DNA of 64,000 nt from Phoronis australis (lineage: Eukaryota > Animalia > Phoronida): contig NMRA01000396.1 of assembly GCA_002633005.1 (NCBI GenBank), forward strand, positions 117,199 to 181,198, in the 5' to 3' direction. This document shows positions 50,923 through 62,176 of the stretch, one piece after another; the stretch's first letter is position 1; each line of letters begins with the position of its first letter. A program made the translations under genes and the position numbers. The notes below the pieces were generated by a model. The model was not told where the DNA came from. It worked only from the letters and a program-made list of their open reading frames with translations, and did not search any database.

Positions 50923-53090
50923 TTACATCTTGGTTGTTTCAGAATCATTTAACTCAATGGAGTTGGTGGAAATATTACTCAAGACCACTGTGCTTTCCCG
51001 ACTGTCGGTGGAGAATGAAGAACTATTCAAATTCATACTCCTCATAAATAACTTCCGATACTTCATTAATATCTTTTCTCGGCAGATATAAGCAAGGAAT
51101 ATGAAAAGCCCTTGCAGGGAGTTGAAGATGATAAATAGATACCATAAGACGTGGCTTCCGGTAAGAGCACCTAAGTAGCCAAAGATCCAGGTGCTTCCCA
51201 TAACAGTGGAAAGTTTAACAGTTATCAGAAACACGCGATTATTCTCCCGCTTGTTCTTGATATTTCTTCTGACTTGACGCTTTGCTCTTATGAATTGGAT
51301 AATAGTGAACACAATGAATAGTACATTAGTAAATATGATAATCGCTAATGGCAGTGCAAAACCATAAAGAATTCCTTCGTGTCCGGAAATCCAGCACCTT
51401 TCCTCATCTGCGTATTGGAAAGGTACATCAGTAGCAAACTCCAAAATAATGCACGTGAGAACTATCAATAAAGGACCCAGTAGTGAATACATCACATACT
51501 TATAAATTGCATAAGGAGATGGCTTCTTTATCTCCATGATTTTGTAAAACGTTTTAAAAACAGAAAAACACATACTGTTCATCCAAAAGAAAGCGCACAA
51601 CCACAAGAAATGTTCAACAATTGCGACTGTCTTACATAACATTTGAATTTCTGTGCGATCCATTATAAGTTGCGCCATAAAAAGTGTTATAGCGAGGTTC
51701 ATCATAATTTGACCAGGCAGCGTTCGAAGATCCCTGAATAGTGTATACGTCAGCACAAATATCGCAAGGCAGCACAAACTGATCACGTTTCCGGCAATCG
51801 TCAGATTGTTTTGAGTTTTGTTATATTTAAAAAACCGAAGACCAGTTCCATTCGAGAACGGATTGCACACATACAGTAAGTTACCTTGAATAAAGTAGTC
51901 TCCTGGCGGAAACGACAATCCATAATTTACATATGCAATGTCGTCTTCCACTTTATACTCATCCTGTGTGTATGTGACCATTAGACAATTAATATCAAAA
52001 GGATAGCTGATGTTCTTAGTTTCATTCCAAAACGTTTTGTCACTATTAGTAATCAAAGTGTCATAACCACACGAACCATTAAGCATTAGATATTTTCCTG
52101 TTGGGCAAACAAATGGCCGACATTTCTTTGCTTGCTTGTCATAGATTCTGTTTTCTGTACATTTCACTAATGGCATTAGTGGCAGTAATTTTTTAGGAGT
52201 ATCTTCGCCGCTCAGTCCTGTGAAGTCTAACAGATCAGCAAAACTAGAGTACGCATTCGTCAAGGAGGAGGGTGGACGAGGATCGAAACAAAATAACATC
52301 GGCCAGCCCCCAGCTGGACATCCGCCGAATTGTAACTTAACGTTATCAACACTAGTGTGGGAAAAGTAGTCTGAGAAGTACATATATGATAAGCATTCAG
52401 CCCCGTTAGCCGGACAGAACTCCGTACAATCTGCCCTCATGGGTTCAACGTGTGCATTGCAGTGGTGTGCGAGTGGTGGCGCCCTTAATAACATGTCAAA
52501 ATCCCTCGATATGTACAACGCTTGTAGTTTTGCCATGCCGGTAAGATTTTGGACAGTGCGATCAAAGAGCGACTTTTGCTCATCGGACGTCATAGGAAGA
52601 AGTTCGCTTTTTGGCTTGAACGTTGCATTCCAAAATGTTCCCTTTTGTAAAATCTGCAATATGTTCACACTATGGCAAAGTGCGCAATAAATGTTTCGGA
52701 AGCTGTAGTATCTTCCATCTCTCAAGAATCCGTTCACAGGCAAACCCTGGAGTATGTCGTCGCTGGTTTCGGAGTGGCAATTGCTAGTAATGTTACGGTT
52801 GGTAAAATCACTAGGACAACGCGAAATGACGATACTACCGAGAGGTGTAATGGAATAATCCAACTCCAGGCACTCTGAGTAAGGTTTGATTGATGTGAAG
52901 TTCGTTACACTTGGTTTGTAATCATGACAACAATCACCGAAATCGCTACAAATCTGATCACAATAACACACCTGTCTCTGAATGGATGCGTTATGTTGCA
53001 CTGAAGGTGAAGAGCACGAAATTCCACAAGCTTGATGCAGTGATGGCTTAGACGTATGAGAATCACAAGAAAATCCACATCTCTGGAACA
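50923..53090 (-). CDS. GPCR gene C, large terminal coding exon (SMB-like domain, ectodomain, class-B 7TM)
   Basis: Intact ORF paralogous to gene A, with the acceptor at 53091-53092, phase 1. Confidence 0.93.
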
Positions 53091-55150
53091 CTGAAAACAG
53101 CTCAAGTTATTCGATATCTAGTAACTTCATGTAAAATACACATGTTGATTCTCACCTCGAAATATATGGGGTTAAATTGGTGGCTAGCTTTTGAACCAAT
53201 GAGAATAATGCAGAAAAAAGTTGATGCTCACATGCACGTAAGTCTATCGAACGCGCATTTGCGCATGCACGAGTGCTAATCTACACCAGGATTGCGTTCC
53301 CAATCTATGCAAGACACTCATGAGTAAATAAGATCCAGCAAGACTTTGTTAGTTAAAAGTATGTATCCTCGGGATGTTATTTACGTACACCATCAATATG
53401 GCCGTCACTGTAGTGGTAAAATGGCAGGGATGAAATGTTGAAGCATGAGAAAGATTTTCCGCTTACGTTCCATTAACATTAGATTCTCGTTCCAAAGTGT
53501 CTCGCAAGTGTCTTGCGTTTACGGTTTCACCTGGTTTGCATGCGCACAAGGCCCGTCCGAGCTTATCGAGGTTCAAGTCCCGAAACAATTAGGTCGTCCT
53601 GCACATGGTTATAATAAGTCGTCTACAGCAATCTACGCTGCGAGTCTAGCAGCCTTATATCCAGCAGCCTCAATAAGGCCATAGGGACACTGAACAGGAT
53701 ATCAAATTGTGAGGAGGTTTATTTACGGTTAAATGTTCGTAAGACTTCATCCTCGTGATATCTTTACATTTAGCTATTAAAATTGTACAAAACAATTTCG
53801 CAAAATATTATGTTTTTGAAAAATCATTAAAAAAACCAACGGACTTTGATTTTTAACTTCATATCAGTTTGCCGTTAATTATGTCACGTGGAAATGGTTT
53901 AGTAAACTTATCTCAACAAAATAGCTGTATGGATAACATGCCGATTTTCATTGGATATGAACACTGTCTATAAAATGTTATGCAAGTTTTCTAAAATATT
54001 GTTTTGGTGTCGTTTTAAGCAGCTTATAGATTTTTTTCATGAAAAAATGGAAGTTCTCATACAAAATTGAAAAAATTTAAAACCTTTTCAGAGAACGTTT
54101 TGGAAAACTTTAAACTACGAAGCATAGTATGTGAAATTTACATATACAAACCGTGAGCCACCTCTGAGATATGACGCTCAGAAGGTAGCCAAATCGCCAT
54201 TTTCGAATAGATCACAAATTGACACAGTGTAAGTGAACCCTGATTTTGTGAATTCAACCAATCATCGTTCTGTCCCGTACTAATGCAATATTGACGTCTC
54301 ACTTGAGTGAAAAACATGTTCTCACCATCTCATAAGGTCAATCCCGTAGTTCTATTTGATTTGGCGTGACACTCGTCAAAACATTTAGACAAGTTTGTCG
54401 GATTAGCAGACATTATGAGGAGTATCCAATTTGTTTCAAATTTTGAGGCTAACAGGGTGTCATTGAGTTTAGAGAGCTAGATGAGTAAGTCGTTTTCTGT
54501 ATATTTACGTGTAACTAGGCCAAAAGCCTGAACACCAATTACCATGGAATCTACGTTAAATGGAATTATATATAATCACATATCTGCACCTGCTGCACAC
54601 TGTAATTATGTGCAAGTTGGATTCCAGATTTTTGCCAAAAGGAGCCCCTAGAGGAATTACTCAACGTAAATGCTAAGACTCTTAATCGTTTCCTATCACA
54701 AAAAAGTTTTGACTTGGCTCACATGTTGATCATGGAGACGATTACAACCTTTTGGCAGAGCTGACAGGCTCATTATTGACATATATCAATCCTTAGTCGT
54801 GGCGTGTCATTTTATACGCCGAGCATGATATCAACCAATAATGAATTGTTAGTTCTTAGCAAGCTTATAATTAAATTATCATCTGAGCAAGGAACATGTT
54901 AAATCCAATGTATAACAGCAAATGGTCTAAGTGAAAAGTCGAAAACAGTGACTACGATGTCTTAGGAACATCTAGCAGTCTCAATTTATCCCTTGGAGGT
55001 GTTTCATAACCGCGCAAACATGTGCATACTTCAATAATCAGCAGAACGTCAAGAGTCTCTCCAAAATTGAGACTGTGTTGAATGAACCGAAATACCCATT
55101 GTAGCCATTGCACAGTGGTAGAACAGTACAGTGGAGTTGAGATACGATAC

Positions 55151-55237
55151 CTTCGCACGCTTGCTCTTCAGAGCTATTACATCTCGTGGGCCTGCCATCT
55201 GTGGTTGGTGACGTTGATCCGGTAAATGTTTGTGCAT
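55151..55237 (-). CDS. GPCR gene C coding exon 2 (87 nt)
   Basis: TTTTCAG|...|GTATCG. Encodes AQTFTGSTSPTTDGRPTRCNSSEEQACE. Confidence 0.85.
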
Positions 55238-55992
55238 CTGAAAAGATATTTATGAACAAGCGTGACCTCTTCTCGTAACTGCAGTCCAAACCGCCTATTT
55301 TTTAGACGAAACAACAGTAAAAGCTGAAGTTGCTGATATTTTAATAATGTTTATTTGCAAAAAAATATCCGTCATTCGGAACTCCTGCTTACCTGTAAAA
55401 TTTCACTGATGAGACTTACAAGTATGACTTTCCCACGTTTTGAGTAGAACTAATTTCGCTGTGTGAATCTTTGGTATTTTTTCAGCAGCATGGGCTCAAA
55501 GAAATCGCGTACAGAATATATCATGTTGTCTAGCTGGTGATTTCTTATGGCTTACATTATGTGAATGATGTAGCTGTTCAATTCCGTGGGACATGAAACG
55601 ACCGTGCACAAACGTGAAATTGGTGTATTTGGTATTCAAGAACCGTCATTCAATCGTAAAATTAACCCAACATCGTGAAAAAGAAAAAGATATTAGCCTT
55701 GATGGAGGGGGCAACAAACACTTATTGTGATCCGTGGCACTCGAATACATGACGTTGAGAATAGTATAAGTCGATGATTTTACGTGACGTGACCTTGCAC
55801 ACTCGTCGTTGGTATATCAATTATTATACCAGTGTGTACTTGATTATGTCATTGATTGATGTAATAAAGTTTAATGTTGATCTGACGATTAGGGACAATA
55901 TTTTCAGCTGTGATAATTGCTTTAGCATGCTATTTGGTTGTTTCTACAATGTTCTGTCACTATCGGTCCTAAACATGCTACAAGAAACTTAC

Positions 55993-56047
55993 CAATAACA
56001 CCGAATACGCAGATTGACAACACTGTTGAAAACAGCACATTTTCCAT
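55993..56047 (-). CDS. GPCR gene C coding exon 1 (signal peptide)
   Basis: GCCATGG Kozak context. MENVLFSTVLSICVFGVIG|GTAAGT, phase 1. The spliced total is 769 aa. Confidence 0.82.
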
Positions 56048-59000
56048 GGCACTTGGCATACCGAAGGCAATGCTTTAGCTAGACGCTCGGCGTGTGTTCT
56101 TACCTAAAAAGTACACAGTGTTTTAATTTCTGTTTGACTTTATCAACTCGTTGGTCCTTGGTCTAATATACGGACTCTAACTCCAGGCTACATTTACTTC
56201 TCAGTGCTACATGCACCCTGTACATTAGTACGAACGCAATAACAATGTGTGTGATTGTGTGTTCGAGTACGTAATGATTTTGGTAAACATCCAGGGAACG
56301 CAAAAACACGTAAAATGCATTTCAAACGAATCATGGCGAATTTACTACTTGGAGATACTCACTGTTGAACGAACTTCTAGAAATAACCATCATATTTACT
56401 ATTTTGAAATACAGACAAAATAAAAACTCTTTTATCTCAATCCAGTTTTCAAATTCTCCGCCCCTAATAATATGCGTATGCGCCTAAAGAAGTCGGAATG
56501 GCTGCGGCTTGAAGTCACTATTGTTTTGTTTGCATCAAAGTTGAGAGGTTACATTTTCATATGGGGAAAAGTTCTACGTTACGCCTTTATATAACAAATG
56601 GTACGGAGGCGTGCTTGAAAGCGTTGGCCAAAAACAAAGAATTGGCGAGCAGGCGGCGAATCGTTTTTTATAACTTTGAAACTAAAGGAAAATGTTTTGA
56701 CATCAACGGAAAAACGTAGTGAGCAGTTTAAATTGTGTGTGTGTCACAGATTTTAACTTTGAATAATGCAATTTGGTGCGTTTTCACGTCCTGTGCCACT
56801 TTAACAAGCACACAACCAAATACAGTTGTACCTGTTGCGTCTGTCGAATCTCTCACAAAGAAAACATCAGGGATTAAATTTACTCGTTTGTTTTCCATAA
56901 CAATTGCAGGTAAGATGAAAAATGAAACTGTGTATTAACCTTAATTACTGGCAAACTTTGCTTATTCATTTGATGTAACTTCTTAATCAGCTTATGAATG
57001 GAATCTACAGTATTTTGGATAAAATGTCCTAACAAAAGATAAATACAATGCTGCACTGAAAAATACATTTATTTAACAAAATTATATTTACAATTTATAT
57101 GCCCTGGGCTTACAATAAGAGAGAACATGTAGTACATTATCAAAATGGTCACTAAGCAAAGTTTTAAACTTCGTCAGAACGTGATACGCTACTCTTCAAA
57201 TTCACGTACAGCACAGTCGGGAGCTACGACAGCAAGCGCACTGCGATCCTCGTATTCAGTATACTAGTACGACAATTCTGCAGGAACACTTAACTTCAAA
57301 TCAAAGGAAATCGAACATGTTGAAAATAATTTTAAGTTCAAGTTCAGTTTCTTAACCAGCCCCTAAACCTTGGCAACCTGGATCAATTGTTTGTTCCTTT
57401 TACGACCAGTTTCTCCCGTGATGCCAGTAGAACACTCCATCATCAATTCGTGCAACTTCCTTACTATCTTCCTGTCTACGTTGAACCCGTGACTGCTCCT
57501 TCGCCTTTGTAGCGATACAGATTGCCCAACATCGCTAACTAGATCACAAGCAAGGTAGACCGCTTGCACTCTAAGCGCATAGCACGAAACAGTGATATCA
57601 ATCCCACAATTCATTAATTTTATATCTGTGATAGATGTATATTTTCTGTATGCTCTGTTATCGTCTTGTGTTCTACACAATCTTTACTGAATTTTTTGTC
57701 TTCAGTATTAGCTTATCCCGAATTTTGATCTCAGGTTTAAGTCACCGTTTATCACTATTATACATGTAAACAAGTCTTATTATACAATGATCTGCATTCT
57801 GATATATTCATTTTCTTTACTAGACTGAATCTTTTGACTGACAAGCACGCCTTTCACAATTCAGCTGACCATAATCCACTACATTCAACCATAACCTCAC
57901 ATCCATCTGTACATTAAAACGCTAATTTCAGACCCCGAAGTTGTGAGCAACTGCCGTTCAACTCCGTCGGACGAAAACTTCTCGAGAACGACCGCGAGGA
58001 CATCTGCCGCTGCCCGACCCCTCCTTTGCAATTGTTCCCGCGGCGGAGAAGCGCCGGGTTCTGTGGCCGCAAATCCGCGACCCGTTTATTTTTGCTGTGT
58101 CTAATCAGTCGATCAGGCGCACTCGCTACTTTCTCAAAGCCATGGACACAAACAAATCGGGGGTAATCTCCGCGGCCAGCGTTTATCGTTTACGCCGCGT
58201 GCTCAATATTCGGCGAGAGAATTCAAAGAAACTACTGCCAATGTTGAATAATTTCTTGAAATCCAAGTAAAGCGAAGGGGCGGCCTCGGTACGCGCACTC
58301 GTTCACCGCCTTGTAGGCGTCATCTGTCGTCTATCGCGTGCTGAGACCTACTAAGAAATCATGATGGCGGTTGAAAGTTCCTGGGATATTCGTGCCGTTA
58401 AAAGTACTTTTACATTAGCGGTAATTGGCCACCATTTCAATCTTTTTTCCAGTCTTTAGTGCAGTGCCAAAGATACATGTACATCAACTTTTTATCCATG
58501 TTTTGTGAAAAGCAAACGAAGGCCCAAGAAGTCAACGTTTTCCTTTGCCTCGGGTGTAGGCTTACAACTACAAGCCCACAGTTTTGCGCATAACGTTTTA
58601 ATCATTCATTTTTGCGTTAAGTGCTGATGTGGAATCAGTCCTGTTGTGGACTAATAAGGTCTTATATATTAGGCAATCACCACATCTTGGGTTCAAACTG
58701 AATTTTAAACAAATAAAGTTTCAAGTGTTCTAGGTTTCCCGCATCAGGCCAGGTGTTAATGTTTATATTGGTTAACATTTTGCCATATTGGACTGGTACC
58801 GAATGACATAATTCTGCTGAATACTTTCTTTTAATGGTTAAAGTTTTCAATATATCACATAAGATTGATCACGCCTCGAATCGTCTTCCTATCTTCATGT
58901 GTGACATTTTCTAGTATTAATGTTAAAGATCCATGACGAAACGGTATAAAATATGATGGGGTGTTAATATAAATGCAAAGTTAATGTCGGACAGGCCACT

Positions 59001-59689
59001 ATACAGGACTGTGTCACGTACTAGGCAGTTTGAACTCCAGGCCTTGATGCCAGGCAGAATTTTTTTGCGAATAGCTAGTAAAACGACAAATTGTTTCGTC
59101 CAATTTCCGATTTCAAGTGCAAGCAGGTAGTGCCAGCTGACTCAAGGGACGTCTTTAAAATAGCCTCAATGTTAGAAGTATTATCTTTCCACCAGCCAAG
59201 GGAAATCACCCACATGCATTTATCCATGGCTCTGAGTTAAGCTATATTGCAAACAAACATACGTTCCCATTCACGTAACCTTCTTACAAATATGTGAATA
59301 CTTCACGTCGCAATAATTGATTGTAATATACACGTACTGGTCGTCCAAACAGAACGGAAACAAACAATAAAAACAGATATTCTATACTTACATTGTCAAC
59401 CAACAAGGATGACCGATATTCTAAACACTACAAACCGTCATGAAATCAATTTGAACGTCGCCAAGCAAAATTGCACGGGTCAAGTAGATTAATTACCGAT
59501 AGCACATGACACCTGCATTCAATAATTGCGCAAATTCGCCATTATATTTGAAAACGAGGTGTTGTGTCCAAACCACAATAGTCCTGCATGTTAGGAACAC
59601 GCAAGCTTCACGTTTGCATCGTTAAAATTTATGCTAAAACGAGGCACACTAAAGTTTGCAAGTAGTGAATACGGGTCTTACAATTCAAA

Positions 59690-60490
59690 ACCAATGAGTT
59701 CTAGCCCTGAAGTGCCAACTTCTGTAACTTCTTTGGCTTATACCCTTTTGCCTTTGGAGAGGTCCAATACGTAGTATATTGTTCTGTAATGATGTGACCA
59801 CTCCCAGTGTCCTACAATTTGAGAACCAGATTTCTTCACTGAACAACAGGCATCAAATTTGTTGCATCCCATTCCCAACCATGGTTTTGTATGATCTTAT
59901 TATTCTAGCAACAAGCTTCAGCCTACCGGCACTTCCCAAGTTTGCTTGCATTCAATCCGAGGACTCATCGCTGATCCACTGGATTGTGTTCAAGTGGACT
60001 AGCTAGCTGACTAGTCAGTGGTGGATTTAGAGGGGGCTATGGCCTCCCTAAAATTCTCACAGCTCCCATTTGGCAGTTCGGGGGTGCAAATGTTTGGTAA
60101 ACTAAATCCTGGCCAATACTCTGCCCTGTTCCCCCAACTCAAAATCCTGGATCTGCCCCAGGGGCGGATCCAGTATTTTGAGTTAGGGGGGCCAGGGCAC
60201 AGGAATAACCAGAATTTTGCTATATGCGCGAGCCCAGCTTGATGTAGGAATGCGGGGGTGTCGAATTTTTGGGTTTATGGAACTTATTTCCAAATAAAAC
60301 CCGTAAACGGTAAACAGGGTTTGTTCAAGGGGCATGTGCTAGTCAGCACCCCGAACTGCCAAATGGTATCTGGGAGAATTTTAGGGGGGGCATGGCCCTC
60401 TTCCCCCCCTTAAATCCTCCAATGTGCCCCTGCTAGTATAATATACAAGTAGAGTATAGAGTCCCAGGTGATAGACGATGCTTTTCTTAT
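59690..60490 (-). mobile_element. Highly decayed CR1/L2-like LINE RT fragment interrupted by a MITE
   Basis: Fragmentary LG..LYLYI, LNASK, YKTMV and YTTYWTSP...KKLQKLA motifs in the expected order. Confidence 0.35.
60016..60432. mobile_element. Composite hAT5-type MITE with a 5-bp TSD
   Basis: CAGTGGTGGATTTAG...CCCCTG with TSD CTAGT at 60011-60015 and 60433-60437. Two head-to-head modules join at GGATCTGCCCCAGGGGCGGATCC. Confidence 0.8.
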
Positions 60491-61860
60491 GGCAATGAAA
60501 TACCACGAATCAGCAAGCCGATTCATTCGAAGGTGGCTTGGACTACCCGTGTCATTCAGCAACGCCGGACTATACTGTAAGTCGTCAAAACTTGTCCTGC
60601 CAGTCTCATCTCTGGTAGAAGAATACCAAGTTACAAAAGTCCGAGCCAGCATAACACTGCAGAATACATCTGACCAGGCCATCAGGGGGTGCAGTATCCA
60701 GTCACGCACCGGAAGGAAGTGGTCCGCCACCTTGGTGATCAGCGAAGCAGAGTCTACTGAGGCACAGACAGTTAGTAGTAGTACCTTGCCAGGGTAGGCA
60801 TGGGCTGGGCTACAAGACCGGTAAGCCGGCAAGGGAAAGATCTAAAGACCACGGCAGAGATAGAACAATCAGGGAGGTTAGATCACCAGAGAACGAAGAA
60901 AGGTGCGCCCGAGAAATCCAGATGGGCCAACAGGGAGCATGGACCAAGTGGGACAAAGTCTTTCAAATGGAATTCAAGTAGGCTGATTTGTGGAAGATGT
61001 CTCCTCTGAAAGCCAAATTCCTCATTAGATCGGTTTACGACTTACAGCCTACTCCCAGCAACCTTGCAACTTGGGGCCTTGCTGAGAAGCCGAGCTGTAG
61101 TCAGCGTGGACGCAGTTGTACTTTAGAGCAAATCCTATCATCTTGCAGCGCGTCCTTGGCATCAGGAAGGTACACCTATCGACACAAACAGGTACTGAAC
61201 GTTTTTGCAAGGGAGTTAGTTGACGAGGTCAAGAGCAAACCGAAGCCGAGAAGGCGCCGTATCGAATTCATCAATTTCATAAGAAGTGGTGATGAGGCGA
61301 GCAAAAGGAAGACCCCTGCACACAACCAACGACTGGAGAGTGTGGGCAGACCTCGCCAGTCACCAGTCATTCTTCCCTCAACACATTGTCCAGTCGTCCC
61401 AGCACCCTGACTTGGTTATTTACTCGGATAGTACCCACCAGGTCATCTTTATTGAGCTCGTTATTCCGTGGGAGAGTAGGGTGGAAGAGGCACACAAGCT
61501 AATTAAAGAAATTGATGTACGCAGACGTGAGGAATGACTCGTGTTAACGGCTGGAGATGTTGGAGTTTTTCTGACAGTGGAGGTTGGCTGCCGGGATTTT
61601 TCGGCTAGTTCGGTCATTACCATGGCGAGATCTCTTGGCGGCTCCGTGTTAGAAAAGAAGGCTCTTCTACGCGACGTATCCACTGAAGCTGAACAGGCAC
61701 AGTGTTGGATTCGGATGAAATACCAACAGCAACACCACCAACAACCGTCAGACATAGCCTGATCAACTCTGTTGCCCCGCCTATTAGAGATGGTCTTGGT
61801 TCAGGGACGAAACCATTAAGGACAGTAGGAGACCAACTGAACATGACGGTTGAGCACAGT
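60490..61860 (+). mobile_element. 5'-truncated HERO-clade RLE non-LTR retrotransposon (degenerate)
   Basis: RFIRRWLGLP..LYCKSSKLVLPVSSLVEEYQVTK..RTGRKW; KFLIRSVYD.PTPSNL.WG..C....TLEQILSSC..GRYTYRHKQVL; PDLVIYS..IELVIPWE; VEVGCR..EAE...WI. Confidence 0.92.
61774..61846 (+). ncRNA. Non-circularly permuted hammerhead-ribozyme-like motif in the HERO 3' UTR
   Basis: Stem III is AUGGU(C) at 61790-95 with GAAACCAU at 61809-16. Stem I is UUGGU at 61796-800 with ACCAA at 61832-36, followed by CUGA. Stem II is GGGAC at 61804-08 with GCCCC at 61774-78 (one mismatch). An extra helix forms from CCUAUU/AGUAGG. Confidence 0.6.
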
Positions 61861-62080
61861 TCCATCAAGTGTTTAAAGTATGTTCTGTAGACTACTATAC
61901 TTAGTCTTCCATGATCTGAGCTTAATTTCATTGATTGTTTTTAGGTTGAACTTCTACTTGTCCACTTGTCAACCAACTGTCATTCATGCAATAAACGATG
62001 GTTTATACTTTGAAGTTCAAGTCTGAAGTTATAACTAACATGCAACTCCAGTACAGGCAATTTCCCATTACTCAACTACG

Positions 62081-62176
62081 GGTTATATCTCGAATCATGA
62101 TATGCAAAAGTATTTGAACCTGGGCTTCTTCCTCGTTCCGATACTTTTGCATATCACCAATCTCGATATAATAACC
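62081..62176. repeat. About 96-bp fold-back palindrome
   Basis: GGTTATATCTCGA..TGATATGCAAAAGTAT pairs with ATACTTTTGCATATCA..TCGATATAATAACC. Confidence 0.8.
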
